NCBI GenBank assembly: GCA_965223905.1
Contig: CBDCXV010000010.1
Location: forward strand, 1,216,001-1,280,000
Origin: Candidatus Latescibacterota bacterium
GTDB lineage: Bacteria > Latescibacterota > UBA2968 > UBA8231
Direction: 5' to 3'
Length of the DNA stretch: 64,000 bases
Shown here one piece after another: positions 39,056 through 49,596 of this stretch. Made by a program: the position numbers and the translations under genes. Under the pieces are notes generated by a model. The model was given only the letters and a program-made list of their open reading frames with translations. It had not been told where the DNA came from and did not search any database. Each line of letters opens with the position of its first letter. The stretch's first letter is position 1.

Positions 39056-40904
39056 CGCTCAACAAGGCGGGGATGCTTACCCCGACGACACTTGAAGATA
39101 CTGAATGTGGTTGACCTAGACCTTGAACCGCACCGTCGCTCAACGAAGGCCGGGGCGCTTACCCCGGCGACACCGCCGCACGAACTTCACCTAACTGACT
39201 CATTAGAAACGCTCAACGAAGGCCGGGGTGATTACCCCGGCGACACGACGATGGCGTGATCGTCACCTCCGAGGCTCGTGGCCGCTCAACGAAGGCCGGG
39301 GTGATTACCCCGGCGACACAATGGCGACCAGGGACTGCCCGCCCACCGAACGGCCCGCTCAACGAAGGCCGGGGTGATTACCCCGGCGACACGCGGCCCA
39401 CCCCCTGCTGCTACTATACTACCTGTGCTCGCTCAACGAAGGCCGGGGTGCTTACCCCGGCGACACTGGGGAAACGAGGTTTATGAACACCGGCGGCGCG
39501 GTCGCTCAACGAAGGCCGGGGTGCTTACCCCGGCGACACGGAGTGGCAATCGGCGATGATTCACTGGACCCTCGTCGCTCAACGAAGGCCGGGGTGCTTA
39601 CCCCGGCGACACGGCCCGCTTGACGCGGTGCGGGTCTGGATCGGGAACGCTCAACGAAGGCCGGGGTGCTTACCCCGGCGACACCCCTATACGATTGTCC
39701 TTGACATCAGTAACACCCTACCCGCTCAACGAAGGCCGGGGTGCTTACCCCGGCGACACGCATCCCGAAGCTTTTCCATCTTGTCGGCAACCTTCATCGC
39801 TCAACGAAGGCCGGGGTGCTTACCCCGGCGACACGAGGCCGACGCGCAGCTGATTCAGACCTGCCTCGATCGCTCAACGAAGGCCGGGGTGCTTACCCCG
39901 GCGACACGCCCAGCTGGACCTATGAGATGGCCCAGGGCCATAGGTCGCTCAACGAAGGCCGGGGTGCTTACCCCGGCGACACGGGCGGAGACCAATGCCG
40001 CGTTTCCGTTTGTTTCCAGCCCGCTCAACGAAGGCCGGGGTGCTTACCCCGGCGACACTTCGGGCAGTCGCCGTCTCGCAGCCACTCGCCTAAGGTTTTT
40101 CCCGCTCAACGAAGGCCGGGGTGCTTACCCCGGCGACACATGGAGATCCCGTCGTTCCGAAGAACGACCGCCCCGTTCGCTCAACGAAGGCCGGGGTGCT
40201 TACCCCGGCGACACTTGGCAGCTTGCCAGACCAGAAGCCACCTTGGCCTTGCCCAATGTCGCTCAACGAAGGCCGGGGTGCTTACCCCGGCGACACTCGG
40301 TCGCACCAGTCACTGGATAGGCATCAGGAGGGAGCACGCTCAACGAAGGCCGGGGTGCTTACCCCGGCGACACATCCGAAATCACATTGACTGTAGCCCA
40401 AGCCACCCGGATGCCCGCTCAACGAAGGCCGGGGTGCTTACCCCGGCGACACCCGGGCGGACGGTCTGTGCACGGAATGCGGGGGAGAACGCTCAACGAA
40501 GGCCGGGGTGCTTACCCCGGCGACACGCTTATGGGGGCCTACGCTTTCGGATTCAATCGCGGACGCTCAACGAAGGCCGGGGTGCTTACCCCGGCGACAC
40601 GTGTTGGCCGCTTCCGGCGGCAACCTGGCCGAAGTTGTTGAACGCTCAACGAAGGCCGGGGTGCTTACCCCGGCGACACTTTTGAAGTCCCCGACGTGGC
40701 AACAGTAGGCCACCTTCGCTCAACGAAGGCCGGGGTGCTTACCCCGGCGACACTTGCGGAAGAATTACTTGCTTCCTCTGTGTGTCGTAGTCCGCTCAAC
40801 GAAGGCCGGGGTGCTTACCCCGGCGACACGAGAGGGTGGACGTCGACGGGTCCGTTCACCCGAGGGACGCTCAACGAAGGCCGGGGTGCTTACCCCGGCG
40901 ACAC
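39056..40904 (-). CRISPR. CRISPR array: 24 repeats + 1 degenerate terminal repeat, 24 spacers (35-45 nt); type I-G-like repeat
   Basis: Plus-strand repeat CGCTCAACGAAGGCCGGGGTGCTTACCCCGGCGACAC with a GCCGGGG/CCCCGGC stem; degenerate copy at 39056-39091; leader side faces cas2. Confidence 0.98.
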
Positions 40905-41108
40905 TGCTAATTTCTGCAAAAACGGGGAACCGAGCCGAAACAAGATCCTTTCTCGGAAGCGGAGATTTCAGAGATGGCTTGTTTGTAGGCAATTCGCTCG
41001 CTCGAGAACGATACTGTTAAGAGAAATCGGTACAAATGGGGAGAAACTGGCCCTAACGACGACGCTCCGTACCCGGCACTTTCGGATCACCAAGGGTTCG
41101 CAAGTGGG
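40905..41108 (-). promoter_or_regulatory. CRISPR leader
   Basis: Non-coding, AT-richer segment between the cas2 stop and the first intact repeat. Confidence 0.75.
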
Positions 41109-41399
41109 TTAAAGCACCCAAGGCTGGCCAAGCTCGTGAAGTTGGGTTCGACCAAATCGCAGTCTGGCGTCTTCCAAGCGCCCGGGGAACCGATACACGA
41201 TCACCGAATCACGATGACGGTCGATGACGTCCTGGATCTCGCCGACCATGCGGGCCAACCGCTCAGGGGACAGGCGGCACTCGAAGACCGATAGCTGCAC
41301 CCGTTGACCGTACTTCTCGCAGACTTCGGCGATATGCCTGAGCCGGGGGGCACCCGTGCTTTCCGTGTCGGCGATGTCGTAGGTAACCAGAACGTCCAT
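41109..41399 (-). CDS. cas2: CRISPR-associated endoribonuclease Cas2
   Basis: VLVTYDI, YGQRVQLSVFEC, DSV. Confidence 0.95.
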   Translation of the reverse strand: MDVLVTYDIADTESTGAPRLRHIAEVCEKYGQRVQLSVFECRLSPERLARMVGEIQDVIDRHRDSVIVYRFPGRLEDARLRFGRTQLHELGQPWVL

Positions 41400-41401
41400 C
41401 G

Positions 41402-42418
41402 CTACGTCATGACAAAGGGTGGGTACGCCGGAAGATCACCGCGCAGATGGCGTGCAAGCAACGTCGCCTGCACCGATGGCAACGCCCACCTGCCTATTCG
41501 TCGATCGGAAATGGCATGATATATCTCTGCCTCCTTGTGGGCTTCCCATTCCTTGATCAGGCTCGTTCTTCCCTCATCGCTCATGTAGACGCCGCCTCCC
41601 GGCATCCGCACGAAACTATCCTGGCCTACCTGTCGGCGGCGAATCAATGACACGACGAACCGGTCTGTCAGCGCCCGCAGCTCTTCGGCAAGGTCGAGGG
41701 CAAGTGACGGCCTGCCCGAACGCGGGCGATGGAAGAATCCCATCTGGTAGTCCAGGCCGACGCCTTCTACCGCGCCGATGAACTCCGTAACCAGCAAGCC
41801 GTAGCAGAACCCGAGCATTGCATTGACCGGATCCCTGGGCGGCCTCCGGGTCCGCGCTTCGAACGAGAAATTGCTCTTCGAAACGGCTTGACCGACCGCG
41901 CCGAAATAGGCTCTGGCGGCATCGCCTTCGATTCCTCGAACATGGTCGGCGGTGTCGACGCCGGCCAGTCGAGAAATCCGGTCCGAAATCTGTGCGGCGC
42001 GCGTGGCAAGACGACGAGCTTCAGCCGGATCTTTCTCATCCCGTGCCCAGCGGTCGACAACTTTCCTGCTGTTCTGGAGTTTTGCCGCTACGATCGCTTT
42101 GGACAACGCCAGCGAGTGTTCGTCATCCGTAACCGCCCGATACAGGGATATTCGCAAGTGAACGTTGCCGCCGGTCGAGGCGCCAACAACAAACCGAACC
42201 GCTCCACTCATCTTCAGCGCCGTGACGCGAACGCCGCGCCGCACGCACGCCTCCAACGCCTGGGTGGTGATCTGCGCGCTGCCTAACATGACGACCGCGT
42301 CGATCGCTTCCAGGGGAATCCGTTGGCTGCCTTCGGGGGAAGTTACCAGCAGCGAACCGCGGCGATGCTTCACGCGGGCCCGATGGTCGCGGACGTACAC
42401 CGTGCTCAGGTAGCGCAT
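41402..42418 (-). CDS. cas1: CRISPR-associated endonuclease Cas1
   Basis: Start MRYLSTVYV; RGIEG.AA..YF, RRPPRDPVNAML, GFFH, SLALDLAEE. Confidence 0.95.
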   Translation of the reverse strand: MRYLSTVYVRDHRARVKHRRGSLLVTSPEGSQRIPLEAIDAVVMLGSAQITTQALEACVRRGVRVTALKMSGAVRFVVGASTGGNVHLRISLYRAVTDDEHSLALSKAIVAAKLQNSRKVVDRWARDEKDPAEARRLATRAAQISDRISRLAGVDTADHVRGIEGDAARAYFGAVGQAVSKSNFSFEARTRRPPRDPVNAMLGFCYGLLVTEFIGAVEGVGLDYQMGFFHRPRSGRPSLALDLAEELRALTDRFVVSLIRRRQVGQDSFVRMPGGGVYMSDEGRTSLIKEWEAHKEAEIYHAISDRRIGRWALPSVQATLLARHLRGDLPAYPPFVMT

Positions 42419-43023
42419 CTGAATACAACGTCGTTCATGTACCTGGTCACCCTGTTCGGGACGCTCGTCAGTCCGGGCAAACAGTGATGCTGCAGCTGGC
42501 ACTCCGTGCAGCGAGAATCGTTGGGAGCACCCGGCAGAGATGCTGTGAGTAGCTGCTGCCGGATTTCTTTTATGATCGCGCCGACCTGACGACGTAGGGC
42601 CGGCGTGAAAGCGACGCGAACCCGTCGCCTCGGACCGCCGTACCAGACGTGCCCATCCGGTATATCTACGTCGAGCATCTCTTCGAGGCACAATGCCTGA
42701 GCGCAGAGCTGCAGATCGGCCGCGGAGCCATGCCGGACGCCCGATTTGTATTCGACAGGACGGACCCCTTCCGAATCGATCTCGACAGCATCGGCGCGGC
42801 CCGTCAGTCTCAGGGTCTCCGACCACAGCGGAATGGATCGCAACACCTGCCGTCCTCGTTCTTGCCTGTGGCGTCCGCTGTCGACACGGCGATGCGCATG
42901 GGTACCCCTGACCGTATGCGCGTTGTCGCTCCAGACACCGTCGCAGTGGATCAGGGCGCATTGACGGGGGCAGTACTCGAAGTGCTCGATAGCGGAAATC
43001 GGGACAATGGGCTGGTCGGTCAC
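42406..43023 (-). CDS. cas4: CRISPR-associated exonuclease Cas4
   Basis: YCPRQ, G.AD.VE, PVEYK, QLCAQ, CxxCxxxxxC. Confidence 0.93.
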   Translation of the reverse strand: MTDQPIVPISAIEHFEYCPRQCALIHCDGVWSDNAHTVRGTHAHRRVDSGRHRQERGRQVLRSIPLWSETLRLTGRADAVEIDSEGVRPVEYKSGVRHGSAADLQLCAQALCLEEMLDVDIPDGHVWYGGPRRRVRVAFTPALRRQVGAIIKEIRQQLLTASLPGAPNDSRCTECQLQHHCLPGLTSVPNRVTRYMNDVVFRCAT

Positions 43024-43920
43024 AGCTGTTCGGCCCCAAACGCCCTGGTCGTATCAGCTGAGCCTCTAGGCTTGAACTGGACAGTCTGCCACCCGTCGTG
43101 CACTCCGATTCGGGACCATGCGGCTTTTCTTCTGGGCGTCCAGACATCCATGAGGGCATCGATGCCGGCGGAATCAAGAGGGTGACGCCAAGCCGGCCAC
43201 ATGAACCGGCGCTCGCGTCTGCTCCCCAAGGTTCCCAGCCATCCCCTTTGGGTTTCGCGTGCATCGGACGAACGATCCAGCCGTTCATCAATTCCTGCGC
43301 CCCGCACCGGCAACATGGCCAAGCCGAAGAAAGCAAGCACTTCGACCACAGGGTCGACCCATATAGAGGTCGTATCCGACTGCGAACCCAGCCTCGTCTG
43401 GTCGAAACCCAATCCGTTGTCCTTGACCCGGACGGCACGGCCAGCGAACGAGTCACCGATGCGGTCGATGGAGGGCACTACCTGCGCGTGAACCTTCGTC
43501 AGCCGATGGTGCAGCCACTTGATGGTGCCGGGCCCGGCTGGATCGAAGGGTGCGTGAGCGACTTCTCCGTTTCCGTCAACACAGAGATCCGTCATGGTCG
43601 ACGACAGGGTCCACGAATGTGGGTGACTGCGCGCGGCCCTTGCCCGTGCGGCGAACTCTTCTACCGGAACCTTTCGCCGCAACTGGCCGGCGTCGTTCCA
43701 GTGTTCGGCAATCGGGAGGTCGGTTAGGAAGCCCGTATCCGGCCACGAAGCCACGAGGGCTTCGACAGGGTCAATATCCGCGGCCGAAAGGACGGCCACG
43801 GGCGTGCTGTCTGCGGTCCAGTGAAGCCGGATCGCTGGTATCCAGCACCGTAGCTCCCACCGCTGCCAACCAGCCGTTGAGCCAGGATGCCGGAAGCCCG
43901 GGGCATGTCAGGCTACGCAT
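43020..43920 (-). CDS. compact type I-G large subunit (Cas8g/Csb3-like, about 299 aa); 1-nt insertion near 43839
   Basis: ATG overlaps the cas3 stop; N-terminal GLPASWLNGWLAAVG joins AIRLHW in another frame; later LGFD, VEVLAFFGL..LP, FMWPAWRHPL; canonical position after cas3. Confidence 0.7.
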
Positions 43921-46742
43921 CAGTGTACCTCCATGTAACCCGGGTCGTCGCCGGCCGATACCGCGTGGTCGGCCTGACGCAGGATCGCTTCGAGCAGGGC
44001 CAGTCCCCAGGGTCCGAACCGGTCGTTGAGCTGTCGGAAACGGGCAGGTTGGTCCCAGTCGACGATGGAGAGGTCGGCCGGTGCTTCGACAGGTACCCCT
44101 TCGACTGACCCGGACACGAAGCCGGTGGTGCCGTCAGCGACTGGAGGCACAAGGGGCCGGCCGCTGCCGTGGTGGCTGATAACCAGATGCAGGAGCAGTT
44201 CGCGCAGGGATGGGTCCACCGAGGCTGGGTGGAGTTCCACCCACTGCCGAACCAGTCGGGCCGAAAGCTCCTCGTGCCGGCCTCCTCGTGGCCAACCGGC
44301 TGCGGCGCGCGCCTCGCTCCATCGGTGGCGAGGCATGTTCGACTTGGCCACTCTGGTGCCGCCGTGCTTTCCGGCGGGATCGAGCCAGAGCTGGAAGCGC
44401 CCGTCCGCCTTGCCGATGTCGTGCATCCGGGCGGCGCGGTCCACTACCTCGGCGAGATCGGCCGCAATGCCGAGGCGCTCCGAAATCGACCGCGCCCGCA
44501 ATCCCACCGCCCGGCAGTGTGGGTCCAGATAAACAGCCGTCCTGGCCAGCGATACCTCGTCGAACTCGTTGCTCCGAGGTTCGCCGCTGTCCTCCTCCTT
44601 GGGCAGCCGGGGCACCTCGTTGGGGGCCGTGACGACTTCCCGGTTCAAGGCGCCGAGGAGGTCCTGCCACTCCCCTTCCTCCCACCCGGCCGGCCTTGCC
44701 GCGGCAACGGCCGTCAGTATCTGCTCCACTGCTTCGGCCCGCTCGGCATCGTCGATGTCCTCATCGTCGCCCGCGATGCCCAGCGCTCGGTCGATGAGAC
44801 CACCAATGGAGATGCCGCAGAGCCGCCGGAGGGCCGCGGCGTCAAGGGACAAGCCATACTCTAGGACGGACATATCCACGACGGGCGACACGGAGGATGT
44901 ATCCCATCCGAACTCGTCCAGAAGACCTCGGTCGGATGGCAGCACAAGCGTGTCGCCGGGCCGAAGACCGTCGCTGGAGACCTTCTCAAGCGTTACACCG
45001 TCGGAACCCAGGCGGCAGAGATCCTCATCCTCGCCGAGCGCGTCCCGGGCCTCGTTGATCGGGACCTCGACCGCCTCGCGGTCGCTGGCCCTCGGCCACA
45101 GCAATTCCCCTTCGTCCGGGACATAGGCGCGCCAGATCAGCGACACTGAGTAGTCCGGGCCGGCGATACCGGAGAAATACGGTTCAACGGGAGCCTCGCC
45201 TTCCGGTGGAGTCGTCGTCTTCATCCACTCCCAAAGAAGCCCGGGAAGGACCTCGGGCGCCCGTCCAGGATCGTCGCAAGGCACTCCCAGAATGCCAGCT
45301 ATTCCTCGGGGCGACAGGTTCACGGTGTCCGCGCCGCCATCCCGCTGGGCAGCTTCCAGCCGCTGAAGCACGGTCTCCGGTTCTGCGCCGTAAACGGGCC
45401 AGGCAGTGGCGTCCCCGGTGGTTGCCCTGCTTCTCTTCACCGGCTTGGGTGGCAGATGTACGTAAATCGCGCGGGCATGGGCATGGCGTCCCAGCCGGTT
45501 CAGCCTGCCGAGGCGCTGAGTGAGGGCCCGTACGCCGCACGCCTCGGTGACGAGATACTCCGCGTCCACGTCGGCTCCGACCTCCAAGGTCTGGGTGGCG
45601 ACCACGATCAGATGACGCTGGCGGCTGGTAGACGCATCGCGGGTGGAGGCCATGCCGTGCACCGAATCGAGAATCCGCGTCCGGGTTCGCTCTGCTTCCC
45701 GTTCCCGGGAGCGGCCGGTCAGAAGCAGGACCTCTGCCGGTTCCTTCGCAGTCAGCTTCCCCAACCGATCGAATGCCTCCCTCGCAACCCGGGGAGTGTT
45801 GGCGAACACCAGGCACGCCGCCGGCGCGGGTGCCTCCCGGATCAGGAAGAGCGCCGCCTCGGCCAACCGCTGCCCGATGTCGCCGGGTTCGAAGACGCAC
45901 ACCTCCATCGGCTTCACCGCGTCCAACCTTTGCCGCACGACCGGGTGTGCTTCATCGTCGGCGTCGAGATCGAACCGGGATTCACCGGCATTACCGGTGG
46001 CTGTAAGCGCAACGATCTTCGGCTTGGAGCGAGCCGGGCCGAAGATGGCCTGTGCGCCGGGGGTGCACTCGGCGAGGGCGATAAGCAAGGTCCGCAGGTG
46101 AGGCCCCAGGTGCGCCTCGTCCAGGAGAACCAGGCTGTCGGTGCCGGCCATGGCGGCGTCAATCGGGCGCATCGACCTCGTCGATCCGTAGCCGCGAAAG
46201 AGCAGCCGGGACCCATACATCGGGAGGGTGGATAGAAGAACGGCGGGGGTGGACGGGTCGGTCGGACGGCGCGAGGTGATTCCGCCGCGAAGCCGGATCA
46301 CTTCCAACGGCTCAGCGTTCGGTCCGGCAGACAGGGAGCGTAGGCGGTCGGCTACCGCGGGGACAAAATCGGCCGCCTCGCCTGCGATTCCCCGCGACGT
46401 GGGATCACCAAGGGCACTGCTGATTGCTTCGCCATGATCGGTCACAGCGTCCACCAGCAGACGCCGGTTGACCACCCACCAGATACGGGTCGGCGCAGTG
46501 CGGTGCGCAGGTGGGCGGTCTGCCTGCGACGCAATCCACCATATCGCGATGTCGAGGCAGGCCGTCTTTCCCAAGCCGGTGGGTACGCCTACCTCGGCAG
46601 GCCACTCTTCGGTATCAGCGACCTGCGCAGCTAGACGCGTCTGCCAGGGAAACGGATCGCGCCCGTTGATCGCTCGATAGAACTCGTCGAAGCCGGGCAT
46701 GGGGGGCAGGACAGGAGGCGGCGCCGGCGCCCTCGCTTCCAT
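43920..46742 (-). CDS. cas3: type I-G Cas3 helicase with C-terminal HD nuclease
   Basis: PFPWQ, PTGLGKT, DEAH, TAT, ATQTLEVGAD, QRLGRLNR; C-terminal HDIGK, RHE, SHHG, ADH. Confidence 0.93.
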   Translation of the reverse strand: MEARAPAPPPVLPPMPGFDEFYRAINGRDPFPWQTRLAAQVADTEEWPAEVGVPTGLGKTACLDIAIWWIASQADRPPAHRTAPTRIWWVVNRRLLVDAVTDHGEAISSALGDPTSRGIAGEAADFVPAVADRLRSLSAGPNAEPLEVIRLRGGITSRRPTDPSTPAVLLSTLPMYGSRLLFRGYGSTRSMRPIDAAMAGTDSLVLLDEAHLGPHLRTLLIALAECTPGAQAIFGPARSKPKIVALTATGNAGESRFDLDADDEAHPVVRQRLDAVKPMEVCVFEPGDIGQRLAEAALFLIREAPAPAACLVFANTPRVAREAFDRLGKLTAKEPAEVLLLTGRSREREAERTRTRILDSVHGMASTRDASTSRQRHLIVVATQTLEVGADVDAEYLVTEACGVRALTQRLGRLNRLGRHAHARAIYVHLPPKPVKRSRATTGDATAWPVYGAEPETVLQRLEAAQRDGGADTVNLSPRGIAGILGVPCDDPGRAPEVLPGLLWEWMKTTTPPEGEAPVEPYFSGIAGPDYSVSLIWRAYVPDEGELLWPRASDREAVEVPINEARDALGEDEDLCRLGSDGVTLEKVSSDGLRPGDTLVLPSDRGLLDEFGWDTSSVSPVVDMSVLEYGLSLDAAALRRLCGISIGGLIDRALGIAGDDEDIDDAERAEAVEQILTAVAAARPAGWEEGEWQDLLGALNREVVTAPNEVPRLPKEEDSGEPRSNEFDEVSLARTAVYLDPHCRAVGLRARSISERLGIAADLAEVVDRAARMHDIGKADGRFQLWLDPAGKHGGTRVAKSNMPRHRWSEARAAAGWPRGGRHEELSARLVRQWVELHPASVDPSLRELLLHLVISHHGSGRPLVPPVADGTTGFVSGSVEGVPVEAPADLSIVDWDQPARFRQLNDRFGPWGLALLEAILRQADHAVSAGDDPGYMEVH

Positions 46743-48193
46743 CACCGTGCCAGTTCGCTTTCTGTCGGCGATTCGACCGGCACGCAGAGCCCGAACCCGC
46801 GCTGCCGGCCGGCACCGATCACCACCGGTCCCTGAACCGGCTCGGCGAACCAGAGCTCGACATGGGAGTAGGGGAGCCCCGGCCTGCCCGGCCGGTTCAC
46901 CTCCACCGGGGAAAGATCCACCGCTCCGCGAACAAGGGGGCCGCGCGCTTCCCGGAACGCGCCCGGCGCCGGCAGACCAGCGTGTCTGCACCACCGTGTC
47001 ACTTCCGCCAGGTCGAGAGGACGACGGCGCTCGTGAATCGCCGGAAAGGCAGTTACCCACCGGTGGGACGACCGGCACCAGCGGCTTGGGTTCGCGGCCA
47101 AGGGACGAGATTCGTCATTGCGGGCGGAAACCGAAACGTCGATGCCTCGACCCGTCAGATGCCTTACTGCGAATGCGGCATCGCTCGCCCGCTGACGATC
47201 TACGGCATGGGACCCGGGGGGCAGCCACAGCGCCAGCCCGTGAATTCGTCCGCGAGACCGGGGGAACCCGACATCGGGGAGGGCGAGGTAGCGTGCAAGC
47301 TCGTAACCTTTCGCGTCGAACCCGTGGCCGTGAAGCACCGCGGGAGGGTCGCCATGTATCTCCTGGTATTTGCTCAGGACGGCCGCCTTGAACAACTCCG
47401 TGATGGTTGAGACGCGGCGCCCGGAGACCGCGGTGTCGAGACGCAGCCAGGCCACGACAGCACCGCTGTCGATTGGGGCCGCGGTCCCAGGAGATCGATA
47501 CGGTGCCTTGTGGTTGAGAGCAGGAAACTGGGCGCGTCCGATGTCGGCACCGTGTTCGCACCAGGCCTCGTACATCCCATCGAGGATGAGCAGGTCGCCG
47601 GGGGCGGAAACGCCAATCATCAGGTCTCCACCCGGATCGGGGAGAAAGGCATCCGCGGATGAGACTGATTCGGGCACTTGCGTCATGACGCGAACACGCA
47701 CCGGGGAGTCAGCTGCCCCGAGGTAGCCAACTCGAGCAGCGCGGGCTCGGAGAGAGGCCAGCGTGGTCTCGGGCGGGGATTCGTCCCAGGCATAGACCAC
47801 GTGAGGATGGCGGGGCGTGACCCGAACCCCGGGCCGGTTCGGTACGCCGACGCGGCCGACGTACTCCTGATGAACGTCGACCACTTTGCGGCCGTTTTTT
47901 CTTTGACTGCTGAAAGTCCCCTGGTGCCTCACTACGTACCGCTGCTGCAGGACGTTATACTCCCGCTCTGGGTGAGCATGGATGACAGGCGGCGGCAACC
48001 GCTCGAACCACTCCAACTCCGAGCCGTCGGTCACCCGGCAGCGTTCTCCCGTACCGTCCGCGGCAACAAGGGCGGCGAACAGACGGGAGGGCGCCGGCGG
48101 CCACTCACCCGCGGTCAGGCGGCCGGTGTTTGCCGTCCCGTCGGGATCGGCGCGAAACGTCCCGTGCAGAAACTCTACCGAGACGGCAAGCAT
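46742..48193 (-). CDS. csb2: type I-G Csb2 (Cas5/Cas6 fusion)
   Basis: EWPPAPSRLFAALVA, YLG..DS, GPVVIGAGRQRGFGLC glycine-rich loop. Confidence 0.9.
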   Translation of the reverse strand: MLAVSVEFLHGTFRADPDGTANTGRLTAGEWPPAPSRLFAALVAADGTGERCRVTDGSELEWFERLPPPVIHAHPEREYNVLQQRYVVRHQGTFSSQRKNGRKVVDVHQEYVGRVGVPNRPGVRVTPRHPHVVYAWDESPPETTLASLRARAARVGYLGAADSPVRVRVMTQVPESVSSADAFLPDPGGDLMIGVSAPGDLLILDGMYEAWCEHGADIGRAQFPALNHKAPYRSPGTAAPIDSGAVVAWLRLDTAVSGRRVSTITELFKAAVLSKYQEIHGDPPAVLHGHGFDAKGYELARYLALPDVGFPRSRGRIHGLALWLPPGSHAVDRQRASDAAFAVRHLTGRGIDVSVSARNDESRPLAANPSRWCRSSHRWVTAFPAIHERRRPLDLAEVTRWCRHAGLPAPGAFREARGPLVRGAVDLSPVEVNRPGRPGLPYSHVELWFAEPVQGPVVIGAGRQRGFGLCVPVESPTESELAR

Positions 48194-49389
48194 CAGTCGG
48201 CGAGATCCGGCCAGGTGGTGCGGATCGCTTTTTTGAGATTGTCCTTGGGGGTGAGTTTGATCGGGGGCTGTTCCCAGCCGTCGAGAGGTACGCCGACTGA
48301 CTTGGCGTGCTCGAGAGCTTCTTTGAGAAGCTTCCCGGTTCCCTTGGCATCACCCAATACGCACACCTTGTCGCCGTCGCTGCCAAGCCACATCGCTGTT
48401 GTCCCCTTGGGCCGCAGTTCCGCACCGGAGCGCAAGGCAAACCCCCGGCCGAAAGCGAGCAGGTGGGCGTGCAGACCAAGCGCAACGAGGAGAGCGCGAG
48501 CTGCGGCGTCCGCTTCTCCGGAGTGATCCGATCCCAGGCTGACTCGCCTGAGCTGGGCAAACGACACCGTGGCCCTCTGGGTTACGCGGGCAAACGAGAC
48601 CGCTGCAGCCGCCGCATCACTGCCCATGAACGGAACTTGGCCGTGACCGATTTCCGAAAGCTTGTCCTTCTTGCCGCCCTCGACTTTGTCCCCTTGGCCG
48701 ATTCCCCAGTTGATGCGATTCTCCTCGTCCGAAGAAATGGCTTCATCGGTGTTGAGGTTCAATGAGTCCCCCTTTAGTCCGAGAACTCGAGTCTCCGTCG
48801 CCGCCGGCTGCCAGCCCACGATCTCCGAAACCCAGGATCGTGCGTGCTTTGTATTGTGCCGCTTCTTGCCGAGGTGGGACTGCCAGAAGCCGTACAAAAG
48901 CGCCTGCGGAAACCACGCCATCAGGGGCCCGCACTCCCACGGAGTGGCCCCGAAGATCGATTGTCCGAGCTCGGTCCTGATGAAATCCTCGTCTCCGAGC
49001 CTGGCATCCCGGAGATACGCATCGGCATTGCGATGCGGAAACTCCAGGCTCGATAGCTGTCTCGGAAGATGGGCTGGAAGGTTGCTCAAGGAGGACAGGT
49101 CAAGCACCAGCTGGGGAACCGACGTCGTGCAATTCCGGCGCAAGGCTTCTTCCAGGCGATTGGCCTGGGACGGCACGTTGTCGATCACAATGACCGGGGT
49201 GGACTCGTCATCGTCCGGCGATGACCACCGTCGATCCGTTTGGTAGGTCCCGCCTTCGTACACGGCAGGTTTGACCAGGCCGCCGGGACCCGACAGCGGT
49301 TCTAGCTCGGTGTCGATGCGGATACCGTCATCGAACGAATCGTCAGCGCAGCCGCTCAGCAGCGCTTTGAGTGTGATGGTGCAGGCCAT
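48193..49389 (-). CDS. csb1: type I-G Cas7 (Csb1)
   Basis: VKPAVY, IDNVPSQANRLEEAL, PHRNADAY, LLYGFW.S, SEIGHGQVP, LRSGAEL. Confidence 0.9.
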   Translation of the reverse strand: MACTITLKALLSGCADDSFDDGIRIDTELEPLSGPGGLVKPAVYEGGTYQTDRRWSSPDDDESTPVIVIDNVPSQANRLEEALRRNCTTSVPQLVLDLSSLSNLPAHLPRQLSSLEFPHRNADAYLRDARLGDEDFIRTELGQSIFGATPWECGPLMAWFPQALLYGFWQSHLGKKRHNTKHARSWVSEIVGWQPAATETRVLGLKGDSLNLNTDEAISSDEENRINWGIGQGDKVEGGKKDKLSEIGHGQVPFMGSDAAAAAVSFARVTQRATVSFAQLRRVSLGSDHSGEADAAARALLVALGLHAHLLAFGRGFALRSGAELRPKGTTAMWLGSDGDKVCVLGDAKGTGKLLKEALEHAKSVGVPLDGWEQPPIKLTPKDNLKKAIRTTWPDLAD

Positions 49390-49596
49390 GCGGCCACCTC
49401 CGTTTCAGTGAATTCGATTGAGAAGTACTTAGGGGAAAATACCAGCGGCCCGGGACATTTACAATCATTTGCAGCAGTCTCAAACACCACAACTGGTCCG
49501 GGGCCCGGGTGTCCGCGGCCAGGGTAAGAGCCGGACTCGGGATTAGAAGGACGGCCGATTACCTCCAGGGGCCATCCCCACTGGCAGGGCCGAAGA

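Noticed and set aside
39092-40867. Self-targeting or duplicated spacers
   Set aside because: None noticed by eye within the window; not rigorously searched, so no claim is made
39256-41112. Repetitive ORFs (AQRRPGCLPRRH, STKAGVLTPAT, LNEGRGAYPGDT)
   Set aside because: Translations of the CRISPR repeats
42406-42418. cas4/cas1 junction as another indel breaking a Cas4-Cas1 fusion
   Set aside because: Cas4 has a complete C-terminal Cys cluster and tail, and Cas1 has its own ATG with a typical N-terminus, so they look like natively separate overlapping genes
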